NCBI GenBank assembly: GCA_963665665.1
Contig: OY762428.1
Location: 992,001 to 1,056,000, forward strand
Reading direction: 5' to 3'
DNA length: 64,000 nucleotides
Source of the DNA: Candidatus Kapaibacterium sp.
Lineage (GTDB): Bacteria > Bacteroidota > Ignavibacteria > Kapaibacteriales > UBA2268
Position numbers and translations under genes: made by a program. The notes beneath the pieces were generated by a model. It was not told where the DNA came from. It ran no database searches and saw only the letters and a program-made list of their open reading frames with translations. Positions 1 through 8,504 of this stretch are shown here, piece by piece (the first letter of the stretch is position 1; each line of letters starts with the position of its first letter).

Positions 1-58
1 CCCTTTTTTTTTGCAGTTCAGAAAAAAAAATATAATTTGCATGAAACTTTTATTTTTG

Positions 59-74
59 TTGAACGTTTGGTTAA
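59..74. promoter_or_regulatory. Putative TetR operator (TTGAACGTTTGGTTAA)
   Basis: Imperfect palindrome just upstream of the TetR ATG at 91; a related site lies at 730-745. Confidence 0.5.
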
Positions 75-90
75 TAAAAAAGGTGCTACG

Positions 91-702
91 ATGCCAAAAA
101 CAGATGGCTATAAAACAAGGGATAAAATTTTGACAGCAGCAGAAAAAATATTTTCAGAAAAAGGCTTTGCAGGTACAAGTATCAGCATGATCAGCAGGGA
201 GGCATCAGTCAATAAAGCCCTGATTTATTACCATTTTGAAAATAAAAATGATATTATCGTTTCTTTGATTCGCAACATAATCGATGAAGTTAATGAAAAG
301 GTAAGTAAATCTTTCAGTATGAGAAATACATTCGAAAATTTACCACCGAAAGAAAAACTACGGCAGGAAATGAAATTCATGTTCGACAGAAAAAAGATAT
401 TGTCCATAATGTTGATGGAATCATTAAAAGCTGATGACCAGGATAATTTTTTATTCCAATGTGCCGATCTGATAATGAATTCTACAGGCAGAATGGAAGC
501 CGATAGTACAAATGAAAAAAAAATGGAAATTGATAAATTCAAAGTCTATGAATTTTTCACTGGCATTTTGCCAATGCTATTATTTTCAATATTGAATAAA
601 AAATGGAGCAATTATCATGAAATTAGCGAAGATCGATTGCTTGAGCTATTCACTGACGTTATGGTAGAAACACATTTAAAGGATCATCCTGTGCCTGAAT
701 AA
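91..702 (+). CDS. TetR/AcrR family transcriptional regulator
   Basis: N-terminal HTH TRDKILTAAEKIFSEKGFAGTSISMISREASVNKALIYYHF; ATG at 91 preferred over the ORF-track start at 37. Confidence 0.92.
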   Translation: MPKTDGYKTRDKILTAAEKIFSEKGFAGTSISMISREASVNKALIYYHFENKNDIIVSLIRNIIDEVNEKVSKSFSMRNTFENLPPKEKLRQEMKFMFDRKKILSIMLMESLKADDQDNFLFQCADLIMNSTGRMEADSTNEKKMEIDKFKVYEFFTGILPMLLFSILNKKWSNYHEISEDRLLELFTDVMVETHLKDHPVPE

Positions 703-729
703 TATTTTGAAATTTTTTTACTTATTTTT

Positions 730-745
730 TTAACCGGTCGTTCAA
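730..745. promoter_or_regulatory. Putative TetR operator (TTAACCGGTCGTTCAA)
   Basis: Reverse complement TTGAACGACCGGTTAA matches the 59-74 site in both arms; lies 20 bp before the next ATG. Confidence 0.5.
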
Positions 746-764
746 CTAATTCTGGAGTTTTATC

Positions 765-1208
765 ATGAAAAAGCTTTTACCCCCACAATTACTTTATATA
801 AGCATGGCATTAGGAATTGCAGGAAACTGGCTTTTCCCGATAATTGATATAATTTATTTCCCCTATAATTTATTTGGAATTGTTCCTCTAATATTTGGTT
901 TACTTATATCTATAGCAGGCTCAAACCTGTTTGAAAAGATTGGAACAAACATCAAAACATTTAACAAACCTGACAAACTGGTAACAGAAGGCCCCTTTAA
1001 ATACAGCAGAAATCCTATGTACCTCGGTTTCGTAATATTCTTATTCGGAATTTCAACTCTCCTCGGTTCTCTTCTCCCGTTTATAATAACAATTATTTAT
1101 TTTATAATCTCCAACTTATGGTATATACCATTCGAGGAAAAAGCAATGGCACTTGAGTTTGGTGATTTATATTTAAGTTATAAAGATAAAACCGGAAGGT
1201 GGATATAA
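765..1208 (+). CDS. Isoprenylcysteine carboxyl methyltransferase / PEMT-like membrane methyltransferase
   Basis: LVTEGPFKYSRNPMYLG and FEEKAM..FG..Y..Y....RWI motifs; hydrophobic helices; GGAG RBS. Confidence 0.85.
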   Translation: MKKLLPPQLLYISMALGIAGNWLFPIIDIIYFPYNLFGIVPLIFGLLISIAGSNLFEKIGTNIKTFNKPDKLVTEGPFKYSRNPMYLGFVIFLFGISTLLGSLLPFIITIIYFIISNLWYIPFEEKAMALEFGDLYLSYKDKTGRWI

Positions 1209-1247
1209 AATAATCAGAAAATTTACTGCCTCAACCATCCCAAAACC

Positions 1248-1276
1248 AAAACCCCGGGCTTTGCCCGGGGTTTTTA
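1248..1276 (+). terminator. Intrinsic terminator, probably bidirectional
   Basis: AAAACCCCGGGC-TTT-GCCCGGGGTTTTTT between convergent genes. Confidence 0.8.
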
Positions 1277-1482
1277 TAATTATTTAGCAGATCAAAGCAA
1301 AATTGTTTACTATAAGATAAAAAGCCTTAAGAAATCATCAGTTATATAATTACAGGCTTTATTAAAGAATAAATTTAATCATTGCATTTTCTAATAACTC
1401 AGATTTTCGAGTTAAAAAAAACAATAGAATTGCCCGTGATACATGGCCTGAGTTCTTAAATAATTGATTAGATTTTATTAAA

Positions 1483-2712
1483 CTAATACAAAGCAAAACT
1501 TGCAAACGAAACAGCCGAATCCGTTGGCCGGTCATCCCACTGACGATATTCAAGAAATTCAATATCTACCGTATCGACAAGATTCATTATTGAATAAATT
1601 GGCGCAACGCCACAAACATTCCAGAAGTTGTTTGTACTTTTAATCTCTTGAAAAAAAGATGCAGAATCATAATACCTGATTCTTTCAATTAAAGATCGAT
1701 CAGACTTTTTCAGGTCTTCAAGTTTATCAACAGCATTGAATCCGTGACCGAATCGCCGGCCTATGTGCCCAAAATCCACACTTGCGATATATAATACATT
1801 TTTTCCGGAATCATTCAGTACTTCCGTCAATCCCAGGATTGTTTTTTTATACTTTTCATTTTCAATTGGTTCATTTTCGCTGAGTGAACTGCCCTCGACA
1901 GATCCGCAAAGAACAGGCAGTATCTTTACTTTATCGCCGAAAAGTTTCTTAACCAAAACAGCCTGTAACTCAACCGAATGCTCCTTGAAGTGTGCCATCT
2001 CACTAATGGTAATTTCTTCTCCGAGTTTTTCCTTCAATTTATTAATGATATCTCTATCAGTTTCAATTGCACCAAAAGGGGTATTATAGTTTTTCTCTGT
2101 AAACATAAAGAAGCCGTCACTTACAAAATGAGCTGTCCCAAGAATTACAACCAAATCAGGCCGTGAATCTCTTATTGCAGCATAGCCCGTGGCGTAAGTC
2201 TGCTCTGAATCCTTACCAACCAGAAAATCGATATGAGGAACAATAATGGCTTTTGCTCCTGTTTTTATTTTTTCTTTATCAACAGAATCAAGAAGCTTTG
2301 ATAAATATTCACCGGCTTCAACAGGTTCGGCAGGATATGAATTTCCGGCACAAACAGGCTGCCTTACATCTGAATTCTGATAAATATCAAGATTTTCCTT
2401 GTATTTTTTATAATCAGCTGTTTCCATATATCCCATTGAATCAATCTGAAGAACGATATCAAGCACCGGTTCAATATCAACAGGATTACCTTTTTCATCC
2501 CTCAATAAATTTCTCAGATCACCTACTTTTATCTGCCCGTTAAACAAATTTAACAATGGTGTCAGTTGCTCAGGAAAGCCCATCGGCTGCGAAGCATAGC
2601 CCGTAGGGTCAGACAAAACAAGTATCTTTTCTCCATTTTGTTCGATAGTATCAACGCTAATATCTTTTCTCAGGGCAGGAATTAATAGTTGGTCGCGGTT
2701 CAATTCTTCCAT
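1483..2712 (-). CDS. amrB: AmmeMemoRadiSam system protein B (MEMO1 family) with N-terminal extension
   Basis: RQPVCAGNSYP, IVPHIDF, ILGTAH, HFKEHSVELQ, ASVDFGHIG and VCGVAPI motifs. Confidence 0.85.
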   Translation of the reverse strand: MEELNRDQLLIPALRKDISVDTIEQNGEKILVLSDPTGYASQPMGFPEQLTPLLNLFNGQIKVGDLRNLLRDEKGNPVDIEPVLDIVLQIDSMGYMETADYKKYKENLDIYQNSDVRQPVCAGNSYPAEPVEAGEYLSKLLDSVDKEKIKTGAKAIIVPHIDFLVGKDSEQTYATGYAAIRDSRPDLVVILGTAHFVSDGFFMFTEKNYNTPFGAIETDRDIINKLKEKLGEEITISEMAHFKEHSVELQAVLVKKLFGDKVKILPVLCGSVEGSSLSENEPIENEKYKKTILGLTEVLNDSGKNVLYIASVDFGHIGRRFGHGFNAVDKLEDLKKSDRSLIERIRYYDSASFFQEIKSTNNFWNVCGVAPIYSIMNLVDTVDIEFLEYRQWDDRPTDSAVSFASFALY

Positions 2713-2807
2713 ATCAGTATATTATTATTAGTCAAAACATTTATTATAAATATAAAAAAATTACTAAATTGTAAAACAGATATTTCAAAAATAATCTTGG
2801 AAAGTCT

Positions 2808-3665
2808 ATGAAAAAGCTACTTATCCTAATGATCTTATCGATTGCATTTTACGCTTGCGAGCCACAAAAGTCCGATACTGAACCCGTTGACGAAACTTTG
2901 TCAATTGAAAATGAATTCAACATGATAAGGGATTCTCTGCTTAGTGAAAACGCCAAAGCAATGGTTCTTATCAATGAAATTGACGATTCAATCTCTGCGG
3001 CCGCGCCTATGCCTGAAACCGACCCGGAACTTGACCGTGGTAGAAAAATCTTCGTTAAGATAGACCAATTGAAAAACATGCTCGAAGATGCGAACAAAAA
3101 AATTAAAGTATATGAATCCAAAATCAGAAAATATAAATCTGAAAATACTGATTTTTCCAAACGTGTAGAAACACTGGAAACAATGATCAGGGAAAAGGAC
3201 GAAATAATTCAAAAGCAGGAACTAAGGATCAGCAAACTGGAAACAGAATTGCAGATGACACGGGAAGAACTCAGCAGTGCAAACGAGCAAATTGTTCAGA
3301 TCACCGACCGTGCAGATCAATTGCAGGTAAAAGCCAACACAGCATATTACGTTTTCGGTACCAAGGACGAACTTGAAGAAAAAGGGATTATTATAATTGA
3401 AGGTGAAACCCTTGGATTATTTGGCGGGAAATGGATTCCAAATCCCGAAGCAGACCAGACACTTTTCACAAAGATAGATATTGTTAAAGATGTCTCCCTG
3501 GATTTTCCTAACGGATGGGTTATTGATGAAATTGTATCTGCCCACGAACGCCGCCTGCTGGAATTGGAACCTCCGGGAGCCGGTTCCGCCAAACTAACGA
3601 TATACGATCCTGAAGTTTTCTGGAAAAACGACAAGAGATTGATAATTATTATTGAAGAAGAATAA
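2808..3665 (+). CDS. Coiled-coil lipoprotein (Cbp1-like hypothetical)
   Basis: Lipobox FYAC, long heptad region, NTAYYVFGTKDELEEKGII motif typical of an FCB coiled-coil family. Confidence 0.6.
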   Translation: MKKLLILMILSIAFYACEPQKSDTEPVDETLSIENEFNMIRDSLLSENAKAMVLINEIDDSISAAAPMPETDPELDRGRKIFVKIDQLKNMLEDANKKIKVYESKIRKYKSENTDFSKRVETLETMIREKDEIIQKQELRISKLETELQMTREELSSANEQIVQITDRADQLQVKANTAYYVFGTKDELEEKGIIIIEGETLGLFGGKWIPNPEADQTLFTKIDIVKDVSLDFPNGWVIDEIVSAHERRLLELEPPGAGSAKLTIYDPEVFWKNDKRLIIIIEEE

Positions 3666-3909
3666 CAGCTCCTTTTCTGAACTTACCGAAATATTTTACG
3701 GTATTTTAGTAAAACTATGATTCTTAAAAAATTTTTATCCTGTCCCGGATTATCCCGGGGCAGGATATTTTCTTTCAGTTTTTTCCCATTTCGGAAACAT
3801 CTGTCAGAGTAGAGAGCTTGAGCAGTTCTCCAGGAAATTTGAGGAAAGTCATGCCAATAACCAGAATGCCCTGCTTCAATTACTCGGATGAGTTGCAAAT
3901 TACGGCCGT

Positions 3910-4172
3910 GGGTGGATTTCCGGAAAATTCCCCTCGTTGAGGGGTGGCGAGCGCAGCGAGTTCCCGACAAGTCGGGACAGGCTGGGGTGGATTCTTTTTC
4001 TTAGTCTTCGGGACGTTGCGTCTTTATCCACGAGCTAAAGCACGTGGCTATTGATTTTGACGATTATAAGGCTGGAAGGTCATTCTGAGCACCAGCGAAG
4101 AATCCATTCTTCACACACTATCTGCGAACAAAGATGGATTCTTCGGACGCTTCGCTCCGTCAGAATGACAAC
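3910..4172. repeat. Stack of REP-like palindromes
   Basis: CCCCTCGTTGAGGGG; nested TCCCGACAAGTCGGGA; CCACGAGCTAAAGCACGTGG; GTCATTCTGA..GCGAAGAATCC...GGATTCTTC..TCAGAATGAC. Confidence 0.75.
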
Positions 4173-4373
4173 ATAACACCTCATTCTTTTGCTCTGTTTA
4201 CCCGTTTTTCCACCCCAATGAACCGACCGCCAGCCTTAATTCCCCAACCTGTGGTTTCAATGAACCGGATAATTTCCTTATTTCAATACTGTTTTGAACC
4301 AGAATTCTGATGTATGGTCTAATTGCTTTGTTAGCAGGGTTTTATACTGCCTTTACCCGAAGTATTGAACTAC

Positions 4374-4710
4374 TGTTTGGCCTTATTGTAGTGAAATTTG
4401 GCCTTATTGAGGACTTGTTTAGCCTTATTGAGGTCTTGTTTGGCCTTATTGAGGACTTGTTTAGCCTTATTGAGGTCTTGTTTGGCCTTACTGAGGTCTT
4501 GTTTGGCCTTATTGAACACTTGGTTGGCTTTACTGAACACTTGGTTGATCTTACTGAACACTTGGTTGACTTTACTGAACACTTGGTTGACCTTACTGAA
4601 CACTTGGTTGACCTTACTGAGGTCTTGTTTGGCCTTATTGAACACTTGGTTGGCTTTACTGAACACTTGGTTGATCTTACTGAACACTTGGTTGACCTTA
4701 CTGAACATGT
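4374..4710 (-). repeat. 21-bp tandem array L1 (about 16 units)
   Basis: Units such as CTTGTTTGGCCTTATTGAGGT and CTTGGTTGACCTTACTGAACA with strict 21-bp period. Confidence 0.92.
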
Positions 4711-4719
4711 TCTTTGCCT

Positions 4720-5100
4720 CCGACCAAGAGTTCAATGCCTTCAAACAAGGCAGCAATGAAGCAAAACATTGCTGCAATAGCTTCAACCAAGAGTTCATTA
4801 TCTTCAAACATCGGTGCATCGATTTGGAACAAGGCATCAATAAAGCAAAACATTGCTGCAATGGCTTAGAACATCGGTGCAATGACTCCGACCAAGGCGT
4901 CAATGACTTCAACCAAGGCAGCAATGAAGCAAAATATTGCTGCATCGAATTGGAACAAGGCAGCAATGAAGCAAAATATTGCTGCATCGAATTGGAACAA
5001 GGCAGCAATAAAGCAAAACATTGCTGCATCGAATTGGAACAAGGCAGCAATAAAGCAAAACATTGCTGCAATAGGTGCAAACAAGACCTCAATGACTCCG
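4720..5100 (+). repeat. 21/42-bp tandem array R1 (about 18 units), inverted relative to L1
   Basis: CAAGGCAGCAATGAAGCAAAA and CAAGACCTCAATGACTCCGAC units; the 42-mer GAACAAGGCAGCAATRAAGCAAAAYATTGCTGCATCGAATTG is repeated. Confidence 0.9.
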
Positions 5101-5146
5101 ACCCCTCCCAAACCCTCCCCGAAGGGGCATAAGCGCTAACTTAGTG

Positions 5147-5178
5147 TTTGATTTTTATATATAATTTTTTTATATTTG
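5147..5178 (+). promoter_or_regulatory. Bacteroidota-type -33/-7 promoter of the transposase
   Basis: TTTG(5147)-N20-TATATTTG(5171), ending 3 nt before ATG 5182 (possibly a leaderless mRNA). Confidence 0.45.
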
Positions 5179-5181
5179 TAA

Positions 5182-6294
5182 ATGGAAAAGTACAACAAGC
5201 ATATAGAAGAATGGGATGTAGTTACAACCTTACTTCCTTTGGGATGGGAATTAAAGGCTAAAGAACTCCAGGCTTTCCAACGTCGCAGGGCATTTGATTC
5301 ACCTTCTGAGCAACTTCGAGCAATACTTATGCATGTAGCAACGGGGCATTCTATGAGGGTGGTTGCTACTAAGCTTAAATATGAAAGAAATATAGATATA
5401 TCAGATGTTGCGTTATTAAAAAAAATGAGGACGTCTGCTGATTGGCTTCGCTGGATTGCATTAGGATTGATTCATAATAGGGGGATATCATTAGATTCCC
5501 CAGAATGGCTGTCGGATTTCAATGTAAGATGTATCGATGCGTCTGTTGTTACTGAGCCGGGGTCAACAGGTACTGACTGGAGACTTCATTACAGCCATAA
5601 TCTGTTCAACCTCAAGTGTGACGAATTTATTATTACCAGCCCAAAAGTCGGTGAGTCTATATCTAATTTCAAAATTAACTCTTCTGATCTTTTTTTAATT
5701 GACAGAGCATATTGCAGTTATAAGGGTATTTCAGAAATTCTCGGAAAGAAAGCAAATTTTGTTGTCAGATATAAGCATAAAGGTTTTACACTATATAATA
5801 GTAAAAATGATAAAGTTGATATTATTAAAGAATTAAAAAGTTTAAAGTTAGATCAAATATTTGACAAAATATTTTATATTTCCTCCTCCTCCTCAAAAAA
5901 TAAAAAGATTCCTGTACGTATATGTGCTATCAAAAAAAGCAAGGAGCAAGCTGAGTTATCCAGAAAGAAAGCAAAAAAGAATTTTGCTAGAAAACAACAG
6001 ACAATCAGTTCTACAGCTTTAGGACTTAATGATTATATTGTTTTGGTGACTTCTTTGATTAATGATATATCTTCTAATAATATCTTAGAATTATATAGAA
6101 TGAGATGGCAGGTTGAAATTTCATTTAAAAAACTAAAAAGTCAATTTGGCTTGGGGCATTTACCAAAAAAAGATAAAAACTCTGCACGAGCGTGGCTTTA
6201 TGCTAAGATGATCACAGCTCTCCTTACTCAGGCTATTATCGATGAAGGTGAGCGTTTTTCCCCCTGGGGCTACAGGTTTAATAAAAGAGAATGA
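5182..6294 (+). CDS. IS4 family DDE transposase
   Basis: SDVALLKKMRTSADW (IS186-like), IDAS, IDRAY and the YRMRWQVEISFKKLKS (YREK) signature. Confidence 0.95.
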   Translation: MEKYNKHIEEWDVVTTLLPLGWELKAKELQAFQRRRAFDSPSEQLRAILMHVATGHSMRVVATKLKYERNIDISDVALLKKMRTSADWLRWIALGLIHNRGISLDSPEWLSDFNVRCIDASVVTEPGSTGTDWRLHYSHNLFNLKCDEFIITSPKVGESISNFKINSSDLFLIDRAYCSYKGISEILGKKANFVVRYKHKGFTLYNSKNDKVDIIKELKSLKLDQIFDKIFYISSSSSKNKKIPVRICAIKKSKEQAELSRKKAKKNFARKQQTISSTALGLNDYIVLVTSLINDISSNNILELYRMRWQVEISFKKLKSQFGLGHLPKKDKNSARAWLYAKMITALLTQAIIDEGERFSPWGYRFNKRE

Positions 6295-6483
6295 TAAAAG
6301 GAGTACATCACAATGGCGTGAAAATGTATTTGTTAAAGATATTTTATTGAAAATCATCAGTCCCGGTATTACTTTGTATCAATGTATTAACAACTGGGAT
6401 GATGTTTCTAATTGCCTAAAAGAAGGACATCGAAAAAGGCAAAGTAGTATGAATTACTTATTTTCACTAAGTTAGCGCATATG

Positions 6484-7062
6484 CCCCGAAGGGGAGGGCT
6501 TTGAAGAAGAATAGTGCGCCAATATCCCAAACAATCGGTTCTTTGCTTTCGATCCTTCCTACCTCCCCCCGACCCCCTCCTTCAGAAGGAGGGGGAGTTA
6601 ATCTTATGATATTTAACTTCTTATCCCCTCCTAATGTAGGAGGGGATTATAGGGGAGGTTTTCTTGCTTTGATTTGGACCAAGGCAGCAATGACTTCGAA
6701 TATCGGTGCTTTGCTTTCAACCCTTCCTACCTACCCCCGGCCAGATCCTTCGGAAGAAGGGAAAAAGCTCCGTAGGAGCGGAATTTTTGTAGATAATATT
6801 GGCATAACGAATATTCAAAGCTCCGTAGGAGCGACATCTGATATATAAATGCCGCCCCGACGGGGCTGTTGTTCATCCCGGGATCGATTTTCTACAAAAA
6901 TGTCGCGGCTACGCCGCTGTCGATTTTGTCAGATATTGGGGAAAGGAATTCCTGTTTGCTGAGAAGATTCCAACCACGACATCCTCAGGCAATCGGGGTG
7001 GATTCTTTTTCTTTGCCTTCCTTATCCACGAGCTATAGCACCTAACTATTGAATTTGACGAG
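6484..7062. repeat. Stack of REP-like palindromes (right arm of element copy 1)
   Basis: CCCCCTCCTTCAGAAGGAGGGGG; CCCCTCCTAATGTAGGAGGGG; GCTCCGTAGGAGC x2; GCCCCGACGGGGC; GCGGCTACGCCGC. Confidence 0.75.
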
Positions 7063-7109
7063 GGCCACCACCTCCAACGGCAGACAATCCTTTTCATCCT
7101 CACTAATAC

Positions 7110-8504
7110 TTATTGCTTTTGGAAAAGACTCCTGAAAAAATGCCGGTCTGGCTTAATTCCTTTTTGTTGATAATTTTTAGGAACAGGATAGAATCTATCC
7201 GGAATTTTAAATGGAGCCAGTTTGCCTTGCAGCAGATTTTTAAATTCCTCTCGTGATGGAATTTCCATATCTGTTTTGATATATGCTATTGGCCGCTTGC
7301 CAAATTCATCGTCGGCAACCGGAATTACAACAGCAAAATCAACAAATTCAAGGCTTGTTAGTGCTTTTTCAATTTCTTCGGGATGAATATTTTCTCCTCC
7401 TGAAATGAACATATTATCAATCCTGCCAGTCACTATCAGGCGTTTATTACTGTCGAAATATCCACAATCGCCGGTATGATACCAGCCCTCATTATCAATA
7501 TTCTTAATAATTTTTCCTTCGGAAATATATCCCCTGAAAAGTGTTTGCCCCTTTACCAGTATTTCCCTGGAGTCATCAATTTCAATTTCCCTGTATTTCA
7601 GAACCCGGCCGGAGGTTTTCAATTCTTCAATATTATAAGTGCTTGTAGTGCATATTTGCGAAGCCATTTCAGTTGAACCATAACTGGTATGAAGTTTCAA
7701 ACCATTTTCAATCGATGCTTTAATCAATGAACCGGAAACAGGCCCGCCACCAACAAGAATATGCTTTAACTGTTTTAATGCAGATATTCCTTTTTCAGTT
7801 TCAAGCAACCTTTTTAATTGGGTTTCGACAAGTGAAATATGAGTTATTCCATTATCGATGATAGTTTCTTCAAGTCTTCCATTTTTTGCAGGAAAAAATA
7901 CCGAAGCACCGGATATCAGGCAGCGAATCAGGATAGCAAAACCACCTACGTGATATAGGGGAAGGCTGAGAAGATATCTGTCTGCAATTTCAAGGGGAAT
8001 ATTTTCATTTGCTCCGGCTGCGCTTTTAATATGCTGGCCCCATTCATGAAAAACCGCTTTTGCCCTGCCACTACTGCCGGATGTAAAGAAAATTGTTCCG
8101 CCCGGCCTTGTACCAATTTCCGGCTGAATATCCTTAGGAAGTTCAGAACACTTGGGAATGCTGATTAAATCCGCAATATTTACAACCTTAATTCCCGGTA
8201 AAGAAAAGTCCTTTCTGTCAGTTATCATTATATCACAGCCAACATTATTTAGCTGCTCTGAAATGCTCGTTTCTCCTTCACGTATGTTCAGCATTGCTGC
8301 TCTACTTCCGGAATGAATTATTGCCAGTATGAGCAATGCACTTTCGGGTGAATTATCACAAAGCACAGCAATATTTTTGTTCTCTTCTTCCAGTTTTAAA
8401 GCAGTACTATAAATTATCGAAAATACTTCCTGATAGCTCAATGAATAGTCATTACTAATAAATATCGGCGGGAGCGTTGTATTATCAAAGGCTTCGGGAA
8501 TCAT
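7110..8504 (-). CDS. menE: o-succinylbenzoate--CoA ligase
   Basis: FTSGSSGRAKAV, SYGSTE, WYHTGD, GRIDNMFISGGENIHPEEIE; ATGA overlap with the menC stop. Confidence 0.9.
   Translation of the reverse strand: MIPEAFDNTTLPPIFISNDYSLSYQEVFSIIYSTALKLEEENKNIAVLCDNSPESALLILAIIHSGSRAAMLNIREGETSISEQLNNVGCDIMITDRKDFSLPGIKVVNIADLISIPKCSELPKDIQPEIGTRPGGTIFFTSGSSGRAKAVFHEWGQHIKSAAGANENIPLEIADRYLLSLPLYHVGGFAILIRCLISGASVFFPAKNGRLEETIIDNGITHISLVETQLKRLLETEKGISALKQLKHILVGGGPVSGSLIKASIENGLKLHTSYGSTEMASQICTTSTYNIEELKTSGRVLKYREIEIDDSREILVKGQTLFRGYISEGKIIKNIDNEGWYHTGDCGYFDSNKRLIVTGRIDNMFISGGENIHPEEIEKALTSLEFVDFAVVIPVADDEFGKRPIAYIKTDMEIPSREEFKNLLQGKLAPFKIPDRFYPVPKNYQQKGIKPDRHFFRSLFQKQ

Larger units (their letters stand above)
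5128..6483 (+). mobile_element. IS4-family insertion sequence, IS186-like (1356 bp)
   Basis: Terminal IRs CATAAGCGCTAACTTAGTG / CACTAAGTTAGCGCATATG (18/19 match); 11-bp target duplication CCCCGAAGGGG at 5117-5127 and 6484-6494. Confidence 0.95.
3910..7062. mobile_element. Composite non-autonomous REP/21-mer element, copy 1 (interrupted by IS)
   Basis: 3910-4405 is the reverse complement of about 35015-35490; 6735-6920 is the reverse complement of about 33397-33545; 6996-7060 imperfectly repeats 3984-4062. Confidence 0.7.

Noticed and set aside
3683-3970. ORF or gene remnant left of element copy 1
   Set aside because: It starts inside the REP and has no recognisable motif.
4310-5139. Overlapping ORFs in the 21-bp arrays as annotated genes
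   Set aside because: The 21-mer consensus leaves several frames open on both strands and there are no convincing starts; kept only as a low-weight hypothesis.
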